From NCBI GenBank assembly GCA_025928335.1, contig JAICJQ010000004.1, positions 6,228-70,227 on the forward strand: 64,000 nucleotides of DNA. Reading direction: 5' to 3'. The notes beneath the pieces are model-generated. The model saw nothing but the letters and a program-made list of their open reading frames with translations, was not told the DNA's origin and ran no database searches. Shown here in pieces: positions 1 through 9,317 of this stretch. Position 1 is the stretch's first letter; every line of letters begins with the position of its first letter. Made by a program: the position numbers and the translations under genes. The DNA is from Gemmatimonadaceae bacterium. GTDB lineage: Bacteria; Gemmatimonadota; Gemmatimonadetes; Gemmatimonadales; Gemmatimonadaceae.

Positions 1-1
1 C

Positions 2-2041
2 CAGCAACCACTTCCCGGTTACTCACCGGCAACGTCCGCTGCCGAGCGCGCGCTGGAGGCGGACGCGATCAAACGGCCATCACCAGCCGCGGCGTCCGGG
101 CACTCGCGGTCGCTGTCGAAGGAGACACACGTCTCGGGGACACCCGCACAAGCGAGAACGCGCGACTATGTGATCAACCAACTCAAGGGATGGGGCCTCG
201 AGACCGAGGTGCGGTCCTACGATGTCTGGATGCCGCATCCCACGGCCGTACACGTGGCGCGGATTTCACCGCAGCCGAAAGAGCTCAGCCTTCGCGAACC
301 GCCTGTCGAGGGCGACCCGACGTCGTCGCTATGGCAGTACCCGACCGTAAACGGATACAGCGGCGCCGGCGATGCAACGGCCGACGTTGTCTACGTCAAC
401 TACGGGCTGATCGAAGATTACGCGCAGCTTGATTCGCTCGGCGTCTCGGTCCGCGGCAAGATTGCTATTGCACGCTACGGGCGATCCTTTCGCGGAATCA
501 AGGCACGTGAAGCGGAAAGGCACGGTGCCGTCGCCCTGCTCATCTACAGCGATCCGCAGGATGATGGTTTTGTCGTCGGGGACGTGTATCCCGAAGGTCC
601 GATGCGGAACAGCGGCGGGGTGCAGCGGGGAAGCGTCTTGAACGTCGACGGGGATCCGTCGACGCAGGGCTATCCGAGCAAGCCGGGCACGGTGAGGTTG
701 GCGACGGATCGACTCGAGATTCCGCACATTCCTGTCGTTCCGATCGGTTACGGAAATGCGGCCGAGCTGCTGCACTTTTTACGCGGCGCGAGTGTGCCCC
801 GCGGTTGGCAGGGAGGCTTGGCGTTCCACTATCACGTCGGTCCGGGGCCGGTGAAGGCTCGTGTCAGCGTTCACGACGATCGCGGGACGTCCCCGATCAA
901 GCCGATCTACGACACGTTCGCGATGATTCGCGGAAGCCAGTACCCTGACGAGATGGTGATCATTGGCGGACATCGTGATGGATGGGGGCCTGGCGCAGCG
1001 GACAATGTGAGTGGCACGGTGAGCGTTCTCGAGGCGGCGAAAGCCGTCGCCGAAGCCATTAAGCAGGGAACGCGGCCGAAGCGAACGATGGTGTTCGCGA
1101 CGTGGGACGCAGAAGAATGGGGTTTGATCGGATCGACCGAATACGTAGAGGACGACACGCTTCGATTGAGCCGGGGAGCGGTCGCGTATTTGAATCAGGA
1201 CGTGGCGGCGCAGGGCGCGCGGTTTGGCGGCGGCGGTTCGCCGTCACTGCGGGGCGTCCTGCGAGATGTGGCGCGACTGGTACCCGATCCGAACGGGAAG
1301 GGTAGCGTGTACGCCGAGTGGCGACGGGCTTCCGCGGTACCGGACACCGTGGAGCCGGCGATGGGCGATCCGGGTGGAGGATCGGACTTCGCCGGCTTTT
1401 ACAATCACCTCGGTATTCCGATCGCGGAGTGGGGCTTCGGCGGCGCGGGCGGCGTCTACCACTCGCAATATGACAGCTACACCTGGATGACGAAATTCGG
1501 TGATCCCGGCTTTCAGTATCACGCGGCGGCGGCGAAGATCGCCGCGGCGATGATGCTGCGTTTGGCGAACGCCGACATCCTGCCGTACGACTACGTGGAA
1601 TACGCTCGGACGATGCGCCGCTACATCGCGCCGATCGAACGCAGCGTGACGGAACACAAATGGACGTTGCCGGCAGTGGGGCTTCGGTCCGCAGTCGATC
1701 GCCTGGAGCGAGAAGCTGTTTCGTTCAACACGACGCGCGACTCGGCGCTCGCGGCCTCGGCGTCGCCACAGCAGCTGCAGCGGACCAATCAAGCGCTCCT
1801 TCGGGTCGAGCGCGCGCTCACGAGGCCGGAGGGATTGAAAACTCGGCCATGGTTTAGAAATCTCATATACGCCGCCGACGAGAACAACGGATACGCCAAC
1901 ATGGTGTTCCCGTCGGTGAATGAGGCGATTCGATCGGGCAACGAGGGATTGGCTCGATCCGAGATGGACGACCTCGCGCGCCGCTTTGACGCAGCGGCTC
2001 AGGCTGTGGCCGACGCCCGAGCGGCATTGCGCAGCCGCTGA
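2..2041 (+). CDS. M28 family metallopeptidase (glutamate carboxypeptidase II-like: PA domain, M28, TfR-like dimerisation domain); 5' end lies outside the window
   Basis: Frame is open from base 2 (QQPLPGYSPA...). Motifs GGHRDGW, GAADNVSG, WDAEEWGLIGS, GSDFAGF, YHSQYD; PA-domain segment YVNYGLIEDY...ARYGRSFRG. Confidence 0.9.
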   Translation, partial: QQPLPGYSPATSAAERALEADAIKRPSPAAASGHSRSLSKETHVSGTPAQARTRDYVINQLKGWGLETEVRSYDVWMPHPTAVHVARISPQPKELSLREPPVEGDPTSSLWQYPTVNGYSGAGDATADVVYVNYGLIEDYAQLDSLGVSVRGKIAIARYGRSFRGIKAREAERHGAVALLIYSDPQDDGFVVGDVYPEGPMRNSGGVQRGSVLNVDGDPSTQGYPSKPGTVRLATDRLEIPHIPVVPIGYGNAAELLHFLRGASVPRGWQGGLAFHYHVGPGPVKARVSVHDDRGTSPIKPIYDTFAMIRGSQYPDEMVIIGGHRDGWGPGAADNVSGTVSVLEAAKAVAEAIKQGTRPKRTMVFATWDAEEWGLIGSTEYVEDDTLRLSRGAVAYLNQDVAAQGARFGGGGSPSLRGVLRDVARLVPDPNGKGSVYAEWRRASAVPDTVEPAMGDPGGGSDFAGFYNHLGIPIAEWGFGGAGGVYHSQYDSYTWMTKFGDPGFQYHAAAAKIAAAMMLRLANADILPYDYVEYARTMRRYIAPIERSVTEHKWTLPAVGLRSAVDRLEREAVSFNTTRDSALAASASPQQLQRTNQALLRVERALTRPEGLKTRPWFRNLIYAADENNGYANMVFPSVNEAIRSGNEGLARSEMDDLARRFDAAAQAVADARAALRSR

Positions 2042-2051
2042 GCCGCGCCGA

Positions 2052-3515
2052 TCACGGCTGAGTCGTTTCGGCGGTAGGTGGGCGGCTGCCGCGCGTGACG
2101 TACAACGTCACCGCGGCGCTGACCGCGACGGCAATGAAAACCATCGTGACAACGAGCAAAATGACTTGCTTGATGCCGAGGCCGGCCTGGTGGACGCTCG
2201 TCGCCGCGGGCGTCGGCTGCTGATCGATCGCAGAGACGCGCAGCGGTTCGATAATATGCGGGAACGGAGGGGTGGAACTGGTGGTCGCGGCCGCTTCCGT
2301 CTCCTGACGTGGCCCCTCGATAGACACCGGAATCGCTCCTGCGCCGGCCGCTGAGTTGTCGTCGAGCTCGAGCGAATCGGTATCGAGTGGGGCGTCGGCG
2401 GGCGACATGCTCCCATTTCGACTCGGCGGTGAGGGGGCCTTACGGCGAGCCACGTACGCACGAGGCAAGACACGCCCTTCCGCGTCACGGCTGAGAGGCA
2501 GCGATCCGGCGACGGGACGTGCGCCTGGCGCAGGTGTTGGACGAGATAGCTTGGATTCGCCGGGCGACGGGAAGCCACGCGCGGGACTCGGTCGCGGTTC
2601 GAAGTGGCCTCCGTTCCGCGCGGCCATAACGCTCTGCGGCGTCGCGGGCGAGACGGCGGAGACGTCGACCGGAGTGCGGGGCGTGGCGGGAACGGGGAGA
2701 TCGAGCTCGATCAACGGATCTTCGTCGATCACAGGCGTCGTCGAGCGCGGCGGCTCGGCCGCCTCGATCGTTACGCGGGCTTCGCCGGGAAGGACTCCGC
2801 TCACGGCGCCGCTGCAAACACAACCCAAGCGTGGAGCGACGTCGATGAGAACGTTGGCACCGATCAGCAGCAACTGCGCGATCTCGGCCACGAAGTCATC
2901 GCTCTCGACTTCAGCGAGCGATCGCGAACCCGTCTCCGCCCAGAGATGCTCGGCGGTCGGCGCTCCGCCGGGCTGAGAACGGAAACGACGACGGTCTGGA
3001 GGAATGATCGATTCGAAGACGCGCGGCTGTTCGTCGAGCATGATTTGTCGCTCGGCAAGCATGTTCATCAACGCGTCCGGGGTCATTCGAATGTCGATCG
3101 ACTCGTCCACCGCGCCGGGGCAGCCACCGACGTAGGTCACTCGCATACGCGTGGGATGCGACAGCGCTCTCAGATAGCGAGCGAGAGCGACCGGGGGAGA
3201 CACGAGCGGGAGCAACACGGGGCGCAGATCACCACCGGTCGTGAGAAGGCGATGTGCCACGATCGGGCAACTGCATTGGATGGCTGGACGTTCGCCGAAG
3301 CGAGGGAGCCGCTTGAGCACGGCGGCGGCGATCAGCTCGTCGCCCCAGCTTGCCGGAACAACGTTTCCGAAGCCTGCGCGGAGACAGGCGTGTGCGAGCT
3401 GAACCGGCGTCGCCGGCGCCGCGGCAAGCAATGCATCGGCACCCAGGATGACGATGGGCACCGTCGGCGACAAGATCGTGTCGCTTCCGTCGGGAGCTGC
3501 AACCGCGAGGGTCAT
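2052..3515 (-). CDS. Protein with a degenerate [FeFe]-hydrogenase large-subunit (Fe_hyd_lg_C/Nar1-like) domain, Pro-rich linker and C-terminal transmembrane helix
   Basis: AGFGNVVPASWGDEL, PAIQCSCPIV, PLVSPPVALARYL, VTYVGGCPG, DIRMTPDAL, RRFRSQPGG and LIDVAPRLGCVCSG occur in the same order as H-domain motifs. Hydrophobic VILLVVTMVFIAVAVSAAVTLYV near the C-terminus. Confidence 0.65.
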   Translation of the reverse strand: MTLAVAAPDGSDTILSPTVPIVILGADALLAAAPATPVQLAHACLRAGFGNVVPASWGDELIAAAVLKRLPRFGERPAIQCSCPIVAHRLLTTGGDLRPVLLPLVSPPVALARYLRALSHPTRMRVTYVGGCPGAVDESIDIRMTPDALMNMLAERQIMLDEQPRVFESIIPPDRRRFRSQPGGAPTAEHLWAETGSRSLAEVESDDFVAEIAQLLLIGANVLIDVAPRLGCVCSGAVSGVLPGEARVTIEAAEPPRSTTPVIDEDPLIELDLPVPATPRTPVDVSAVSPATPQSVMAARNGGHFEPRPSPARGFPSPGESKLSRPTPAPGARPVAGSLPLSRDAEGRVLPRAYVARRKAPSPPSRNGSMSPADAPLDTDSLELDDNSAAGAGAIPVSIEGPRQETEAAATTSSTPPFPHIIEPLRVSAIDQQPTPAATSVHQAGLGIKQVILLVVTMVFIAVAVSAAVTLYVTRGSRPPTAETTQP

Positions 3516-3609
3516 GACCGCGCGTCAAATCCTGAGAAGTCACCGAGGCGGGGAGTAGCCGAGACCGCGGCGGCGAGGGTTAGGTCCAACGAAGGTCGAA
3601 AACGGCTAC

Positions 3610-4401
3610 GTGTCAAGAGCGGCCCAGACATTGCACGTCCGGATGCTGTTGCGGGACGCGAGGATGGTTGTGGGGGAGACGAATTTTGGGGCGGCGCGGC
3701 TCACTGAGGCCGAGCGTGAGTCGTTGGTTGCGTACGCGGCACGCGCATCCTGGCCTGCGGGTTTTGTAATCTATCAACGCGGCGCACCCGCCGACGGAGT
3801 GTTCGTGGTAACGCGCGGCCGCGTCGTACTGCGCAGCCGTGTGCGCGCGGCCAGAGGTTTTGTCCCCTGGATCGCGTGTCCGGGTGAAACCTTCGGGTCC
3901 GAAGGACTGACGCAAACGGCGCGCTACGCGACGGATGCTCGGGCGGACGACGAAAGCGAAACGCTTTTTCTGAGCTCGGCGCGATTTCGCGCGTTCGTGC
4001 GCGAACAGCCACAGCATGCATTGATGCTCGTCAGCCAGCTCGTTTCCGAGCGCTCGGCGTTGTTGGACAAGCTCCGCGAGCTCACGACGCTGAGCGTCGA
4101 GCAGCGCCTATTGGCTACGCTGATTCGCATGGCGGCGAACGACACGTTCACAAGAGCGGATGGGCGGATTGTGTTGTGTTCGGCGCGCTACCGTCTGTTA
4201 TGCGAGCTGGTTGGCGCCACTCGCGAGTCGGTGTCGCTGGTACTGGGGCGGTTGACCGGCGAAGGACTGGTCGAGCGCGACGGTTCGTCGATGATCGTCG
4301 CGTCGCCGGCGCTCTTGGCCGAGCGGCTGGATGCGGCCAGTTTCGACGGCGAGTTGCCGTTCACCGCGATCGACGAGACGGCGGAGCAAGCCGTTCATTA
4401 G
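3610..4401 (+). CDS. Crp/Fnr family transcriptional regulator (true start may be ATG 3643 or 3664)
   Basis: cNMP-binding-like domain (IYQRGAPADGVFVVTRGRV...PGETFGSEGL), C-helix SVEQRLLATL, HTH LCELVGATRESVSLVLGRL. Confidence 0.88.
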   Translation: MSRAAQTLHVRMLLRDARMVVGETNFGAARLTEAERESLVAYAARASWPAGFVIYQRGAPADGVFVVTRGRVVLRSRVRAARGFVPWIACPGETFGSEGLTQTARYATDARADDESETLFLSSARFRAFVREQPQHALMLVSQLVSERSALLDKLRELTTLSVEQRLLATLIRMAANDTFTRADGRIVLCSARYRLLCELVGATRESVSLVLGRLTGEGLVERDGSSMIVASPALLAERLDAASFDGELPFTAIDETAEQAVH

Positions 4402-4468
4402 CCGCAACTGCGTGAGCGTGAGCGGCCACCCGGCTCGAAGGAGCACGGGTGGCCGTTACATTTGAGCG

Positions 4469-5344
4469 ATGGCGTTCGTCGCCCTCGCGGCCGTCGTCGG
4501 ACTCTTCCTGTTCGTGGGTCTTTCGCGTCGCCGCGCGTGGTCGGCGGCTTTCACGCCACATTCGATCGGTCCGGACGGCATCATCGTTGGTGCGGCCGGC
4601 TATGAGCTCGAGCGGCCGGGCGCGCCTGCCGTCCTTGTATTGCACGGCGGCGGCGACACGCCGCAGACCGTACGCTATTTGTCGGATGCGCTCCATGCAC
4701 GCGGATTTCACGTCGTCGCCCCGTTGCTGCCTGGTCACGGCCGAACGATCAGAGAATTCTCAACGGTGACCGCCGGCACGCTTACCGACTCCGCGTTCGA
4801 GTGTTACCACGCGCTTCGTGAGCGCCACACGCGAGTCGGCATCATCGGTGTGTCCATGGGCGGAGCGCTCGCGGTCCAAGTGGCGGCCGCGACACCGGAT
4901 TTGCCGGCGCTTGGTCTGGTCGCGCCATATCTCGCGATGCGACCACGGGCGTCGAGGTTGGCGAGGACGAGCCGCATCTGGGGCATGTTGGTTCCGGCGT
5001 TCGCTTCGTCGGAAGGGTTTTCGATCCGCGACCCGGAAGAGCGAAAGAAAAGTCTGGCGTACGGCGCATTCACCGCCGGAGCTCTTCGCGCCCTTTACAT
5101 CACGGTCCAACGGGCGGCGGCGGCGTTACCGCGTGTTACTGCGCCGACGCTGGTAATACAATCGCGGGAAGACAATCGAATCGACGTGGACGATGCCGAA
5201 CGAGCGTTCGCGCGGCTCGGTGCGCGCGAAAAGCGGTTGGAGTGGACGGCGGGCGCCGCGCACATCATCACCGTGGACTATGGACGCGAGCACGTGATCG
5301 AGCTGCTCGCGTCCTGGATGGAGGAAAAGTTGGTCAGCCGGTGA
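4469..5344 (+). CDS. Alpha/beta-hydrolase (carboxylesterase/monoacylglycerol lipase-like) with N-terminal membrane anchor
   Basis: VLHGGG oxyanion motif, LLPGHG, nucleophile elbow GVSMGG, downstream Asp (REDNRI) and His (AHIIT). Confidence 0.88.
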   Translation: MAFVALAAVVGLFLFVGLSRRRAWSAAFTPHSIGPDGIIVGAAGYELERPGAPAVLVLHGGGDTPQTVRYLSDALHARGFHVVAPLLPGHGRTIREFSTVTAGTLTDSAFECYHALRERHTRVGIIGVSMGGALAVQVAAATPDLPALGLVAPYLAMRPRASRLARTSRIWGMLVPAFASSEGFSIRDPEERKKSLAYGAFTAGALRALYITVQRAAAALPRVTAPTLVIQSREDNRIDVDDAERAFARLGAREKRLEWTAGAAHIITVDYGREHVIELLASWMEEKLVSR

Positions 5345-5690
5345 CGCGCTCGACGAGCGATTCGCCCATTTCCTTGATGGCCTCGACGCCCTCGGTCACG
5401 GCCGACGTCGCCTGCTGCGCGACTTCCTTGGCGACTCGAGTGACGCGTGCGATCGGCGCTGGAACGCGGGACTTTTTCTGAGTCTTCTTGGCGGGTTTTT
5501 TTGCGGCGCTCGTCGACGAGCGTTTGCTCGTACTCTTGCTCTTCGTGGCGCTCGCACTGCGTCGGGCGCTCGATCGTTTTGAAGCGGCCGTCTTGCTACG
5601 ACTCGACTTTACCGTCGGCCGTTTGGAGGTAATACGCTTACCGGCACGGGACCCAGATTTGGCGCGGGACTTCTTTGCTTTCGAGGCCAT
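5334..5690 (-). CDS. Small Lys/Ser/Arg-rich basic protein (histone-like tail plus amphipathic C-terminal helix)
   Basis: GGAGA RBS upstream of ATG; first ~75 aa almost entirely K/S/R/A/T; C-terminal helix VAKEVAQQATSAVTEGVEAIKEMGESLVERV. Confidence 0.65.
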   Translation of the reverse strand: MASKAKKSRAKSGSRAGKRITSKRPTVKSSRSKTAASKRSSARRSASATKSKSTSKRSSTSAAKKPAKKTQKKSRVPAPIARVTRVAKEVAQQATSAVTEGVEAIKEMGESLVERVTG

Positions 5691-5771
5691 CGGCGTTCTC
5701 CGCGGAGTCGATCGTGGAAGAGAGAGGCGGCGGCAGACACAGCAAAAACTGGACTCAGCGGTAGCGAGTTA

Positions 5772-6491
5772 CTAGGGCCAAGCGCGTTTCTTCGAATAGG
5801 GTTTTCCAAAGACGGCGGCGAGTGCGGAGTCGGGATCAGCCGCTCGGATGACGACGTCGATTCGTGGAGAGAGCGGCACGAGCGTCGAAAAATCGCGGTA
5901 ACGTGAGTAGCCGTGGCAAAAACACCACGGCCCCCGCCGCGTCAGATCCCCGAGCCAGATGTCTGGCAGCCCGATCCAGGTGAAGGCGTAGAAAAGGTTC
6001 AGCTTCTTGAACCGGGGCAAATCGCTCTCGATCACTCGGTGCGGCAACGATCCGTGCTTTCCCCATTGAACGTCGATTGCCACTTGTCCGCGATCATGCC
6101 AATCGGCGTGGAGCAGGGTGCCGTGCCAGAAGGTCCAAACGTCCGTCGGTGCCCGGGTCGAGTCATAGCCGACCCAGAGGACCTCTTCGTCGGTCGGGAC
6201 AGTAAATGGAATCCAAGATCCGTGGACGTCGTCGAGCCAGAGGAGGTGATAGGCGACGATTGGGCGGGTGGGATGAACGACGGCGACGACTCGCTCAAGC
6301 GGGAACCACTCGTCACGTTGGACGTATAACAAAGGGGCGATCGCGCGAGCGAGCATGGCCGCGCTGTCCCCAGGATTCAGGGCTCCGGCGAGTGAAACTG
6401 GTGGGGGGAACGGGGGGATGTGGGCGTGGGGACCGCAGCCCATGAGCCAGACCGTGGCGAGCCCAACGGAGACGTGGGCACGGCGTGACAA
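5772..6491 (-). CDS. Hypothetical lipoprotein
   Basis: Signal peptide with lipobox-like LMGC; Trp/His-rich globular body; fills the gap between neighbouring genes. Confidence 0.6.
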   Translation of the reverse strand: MSRRAHVSVGLATVWLMGCGPHAHIPPFPPPVSLAGALNPGDSAAMLARAIAPLLYVQRDEWFPLERVVAVVHPTRPIVAYHLLWLDDVHGSWIPFTVPTDEEVLWVGYDSTRAPTDVWTFWHGTLLHADWHDRGQVAIDVQWGKHGSLPHRVIESDLPRFKKLNLFYAFTWIGLPDIWLGDLTRRGPWCFCHGYSRYRDFSTLVPLSPRIDVVIRAADPDSALAAVFGKPYSKKRAWP

Positions 6492-6589
6492 ATTGATACC
6501 CTCGTTAGTCTTGTAACTTTAGAAGGTTAGTCGTAATTGGCATACCGGAGCCAAGGTTTTCCGGGGTTGTTTGCTGTAGAGGAGGGAAT

Positions 6590-6799
6590 ATGCGCAAGCC
6601 GCGACCGGCTACGTATAACCCAGCGCAGGCGCTTAATCTGATTGCCAACGATCGAACCGGTTCACCGCTCAGCTGCCCGTCGTGTTCGGGAATGATCGAG
6701 CGAACGCCGAACCAGGTTCCTCCCCCGCCCAGATCTCACGTTACGCTCCAGTGCCGCGAGTGCGGCCGTGTTGCTCGTTACATAGCGGGCGCAGCGTAA
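6590..6799 (+). CDS. Small zinc-ribbon protein (69 aa)
   Basis: Strong RBS AGAGGAGG; two CxxC pairs (CPSC...CREC). Confidence 0.65.
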   Translation: MRKPRPATYNPAQALNLIANDRTGSPLSCPSCSGMIERTPNQVPPPPRSHVTLQCRECGRVARYIAGAA

Positions 6800-6999
6800 G
6801 GGTCTCGCCTCTCCGCGCTCGCCAGTGTCCCCGGCGGAGCGCACCAAGTTGCACAAAACTTGCCCCGACGACGCTCAAGCGGCCTCGCTGCCGCGTGGGT
6901 GGAGTGTGCGTGGCGAGGTGGATCACGCCGGGCGGGGTGCGCGGACTTGTGCCTCGAGCGCGGGATCAGGTATCACCGTTTCTGCAAGAGGTAAGTGCA

Positions 7000-7209
7000 A
7001 TGGCTCGTCTTACCGGCACCGTGAAGTGGTTCAACGACGCCAAAGGCTACGGCTTCATTTCGCGTGAGGGCGGCCCTGACGTCTTCGTGCACTTCAGCGC
7101 CATCCAGGGGAGCGGGTTCAAATCGCTGGCCGAGGGCGATCGGGTGGAATTCGAGATCGTTCAAGGTCAGAAGGGGCCCCAGGCCGCGGATGTCGTGAAG
7201 GCCTCGTGA
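7000..7209 (+). CDS. cspA: Cold-shock protein (CspA family)
   Basis: [20 protein letters not shown]...DVFVHFSAI (RNP1/RNP2); AGAGGT RBS before ATG 7000. Confidence 0.96.
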   Translation: MARLTGTVKWFNDAKGYGFISREGGPDVFVHFSAIQGSGFKSLAEGDRVEFEIVQGQKGPQAADVVKAS

Positions 7210-7228
7210 TCCGGCGCGCACGGCCGAG

Positions 7229-7262
7229 CAAAAACGCCCTGGCGACCGCCGGGGCGTTTTTG
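7229..7262 (+). terminator. Intrinsic terminator (bidirectional-type) downstream of the csp gene
   Basis: AAAAACGCCCTGGCG-ac-CGCCGGGGCGTTTTT hairpin with a T-tract. Confidence 0.85.
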
Positions 7263-7283
7263 TGCGCGTCAACCTAGAACATC

Positions 7284-9302
7284 ATGCGCGCGCGTTTGCC
7301 CGCGCCGATGCTGGCGACAATCGGCAACCAGTTGCCGACGGATCCGCATTGGGTGTTCGAGCAGAAATACGATGGCATGCGCGTCATCGCCGCTGCCGAC
7401 GCACGGCGCGTTCGGCTAGTGACTCGCAATGGTCGCGATAAGTCGAAACAGTTTCCGGAAATCGTCGACGCGTTGCGGGCGATCGCTCGACGGGCGCGCC
7501 GGTCGCTCGTGCTGGATGGTGAAATCGTCGCGGTAACGAAGGGTCAGGCCGCGTCATTTCAGGCTTTGCAGCCACGCATGCAGCTGGCGGATCCGAAACA
7601 GATCGCGCGATTCGCTGCCGATTCACCAGCGCGTTTCGTGGCGTTCGACGTGCTTCGCGATGGGCGACAGGATCTGACCAATCTTCCCGCCGCTGAGCGG
7701 CGCCGCCACCTCGAGCGACTGCTTGGCGCCGGGGGCGATAAGAGAATTGATATCAGCGATAGCTCTCGTTCATCGAAGCGGATGATATCGAAAGCCAAAC
7801 GGCGAGGCTGGGAAGGCCTGATCGCGAAGCGAGTCGACGCGCCGTATCGCCCCGGATCGCGTTCGCCGAATTGGATCAAACTGAAACTGCAGCATCGCGC
7901 CGAATTCGTCGTCGGCGGATACACGGATCCTCGTCGATCACGCGAATTAATTGGCGCCCTACTGCTCGGATACTATGACCCCCGCGGCGCGCTATGCTAT
8001 GCGGGGCATACGGGCGGCGGGTTCGGGCGCGAATCGTTACGTGACATCCATCGGCGTCTGCGCCCGCTCGCTCGCTCGACTAGCCCGTTCGCCGAGGAGA
8101 TTCGGACGAACGAACCGGCCCATTGGGTGAGGCCGGTACTCGTCGTGGAAGTGAAGTTTTCCGAATGGACGGCGGACGGAAAGTTGCGTCAACCAATATT
8201 TCTAGGCGTCCGCGATGACAAGGCGGCGCGGGAGGTCCACCGCGAGCGCGAGAGCATCCAGCAATGGGCACAGGAGATCGGTAGCGTGGGGGGGACGCGA
8301 GGACGGAATCGGAGTGCCGGCAAGCCGGCGCAGCGCGCCGGAGGCAAGTCGACGGATCCTGTCGTTGAGCAACTGGACCAAATTCAGGCTGGGGGCGGCG
8401 ATGGGGTGCTGCGGCTGAGCAGCGGTTCACTCCATGTATCCAGCCTCGACAAGCTGTACTTCCCAGACGACGGCTTCTCGAAGGGCGACCTGATGCGCTA
8501 CTACGCGACGGTGGCACCGGTTCTCCTTCCGGCGATCAAGGATCGGCCATTGATCCTCAAACGATACCCCAACGGCATCGACGGCACTTCGTTCTTTCAG
8601 CAGAACGCGGAGGACGTGCCCAAGGGAGTGCGAACTGCTCGCGTCGCCACTGATACGAAGCGAGGCGCCGACCGGATTATCGGCGGCGACCTGTTGACGC
8701 TTCTTTACACGGTCCAAATCGGGACGATCGCGGTGCACGCCTGGCAGACGCGCACGAAGACGCATCGATTCGCCGACACGACGACGATCGATCTCGATCC
8801 GGGGGACGGCGTACCATTCGCGCGCGTCGTTCTGCTCGCCAAGCACATCAAGGAAGAAATGGACAGCGCCGGTCTTCGTGGTGCGGCGAAGACATCGGGC
8901 TCGCGAGGGATTCACATCGTGCTGCCCATGCCCGCGCGGACGTCGTTCGATATCGCCGCCGCCGTCGCTCAACGGCTTGCCGAGCGCGTGACCGCTCGCC
9001 ATCGTGACATGGCAACGCTCGAGCGAAGCATTCGCGCTCGACCGAAGGGATCGATTTACGTGGACGCGCAGCAGAACGCGGCAGGAAAAAGCGTCGTAGC
9101 GGCCTATTCCGTGCGTGCTCGACGCGGGGCGACCGTCTCGGCGCCGCTCGAGTGGTCGGAACTACGACGAACATTGCGTCTCGAGGCGTTTACCATCGAG
9201 ACGATGCCCGTCCGGCTGCGCCGGATCGGCGACATTTGGGGCGCGGCGATGAAGCGGCGCAACACGAAGCGGGTGCTCGATCGCCTGTTGAGCGGCGAGT
9301 GA
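7284..9302 (+). CDS. ligD: NHEJ DNA ligase D (ATP-dependent ligase plus primase/polymerase domain, no phosphoesterase domain)
   Basis: EQKYDGMR (KxDG), LDGEIV, FVAFDVL, EGLIAKR, WIKLK; POL domain LKRYPNGI, DLDPGD, KTSGSRGIHI, AYSVRAR...VSAPLEW. Confidence 0.93.
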   Translation: MRARLPAPMLATIGNQLPTDPHWVFEQKYDGMRVIAAADARRVRLVTRNGRDKSKQFPEIVDALRAIARRARRSLVLDGEIVAVTKGQAASFQALQPRMQLADPKQIARFAADSPARFVAFDVLRDGRQDLTNLPAAERRRHLERLLGAGGDKRIDISDSSRSSKRMISKAKRRGWEGLIAKRVDAPYRPGSRSPNWIKLKLQHRAEFVVGGYTDPRRSRELIGALLLGYYDPRGALCYAGHTGGGFGRESLRDIHRRLRPLARSTSPFAEEIRTNEPAHWVRPVLVVEVKFSEWTADGKLRQPIFLGVRDDKAAREVHRERESIQQWAQEIGSVGGTRGRNRSAGKPAQRAGGKSTDPVVEQLDQIQAGGGDGVLRLSSGSLHVSSLDKLYFPDDGFSKGDLMRYYATVAPVLLPAIKDRPLILKRYPNGIDGTSFFQQNAEDVPKGVRTARVATDTKRGADRIIGGDLLTLLYTVQIGTIAVHAWQTRTKTHRFADTTTIDLDPGDGVPFARVVLLAKHIKEEMDSAGLRGAAKTSGSRGIHIVLPMPARTSFDIAAAVAQRLAERVTARHRDMATLERSIRARPKGSIYVDAQQNAAGKSVVAAYSVRARRGATVSAPLEWSELRRTLRLEAFTIETMPVRLRRIGDIWGAAMKRRNTKRVLDRLLSGE

Positions 9303-9317
9303 GACCGGAGAAGTGCG

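Noticed and set aside
2052..3515. Calling this an active [FeFe]-hydrogenase
   Set aside because: Key L2/L3 residues are altered, there are no ferredoxin modules and no maturases nearby; only the fold resemblance is supported.
6800..6999. Possible structured cspA-type thermosensor leader
   Set aside because: Plausible from position, but no recognisable conserved motif or confident fold from sequence alone.
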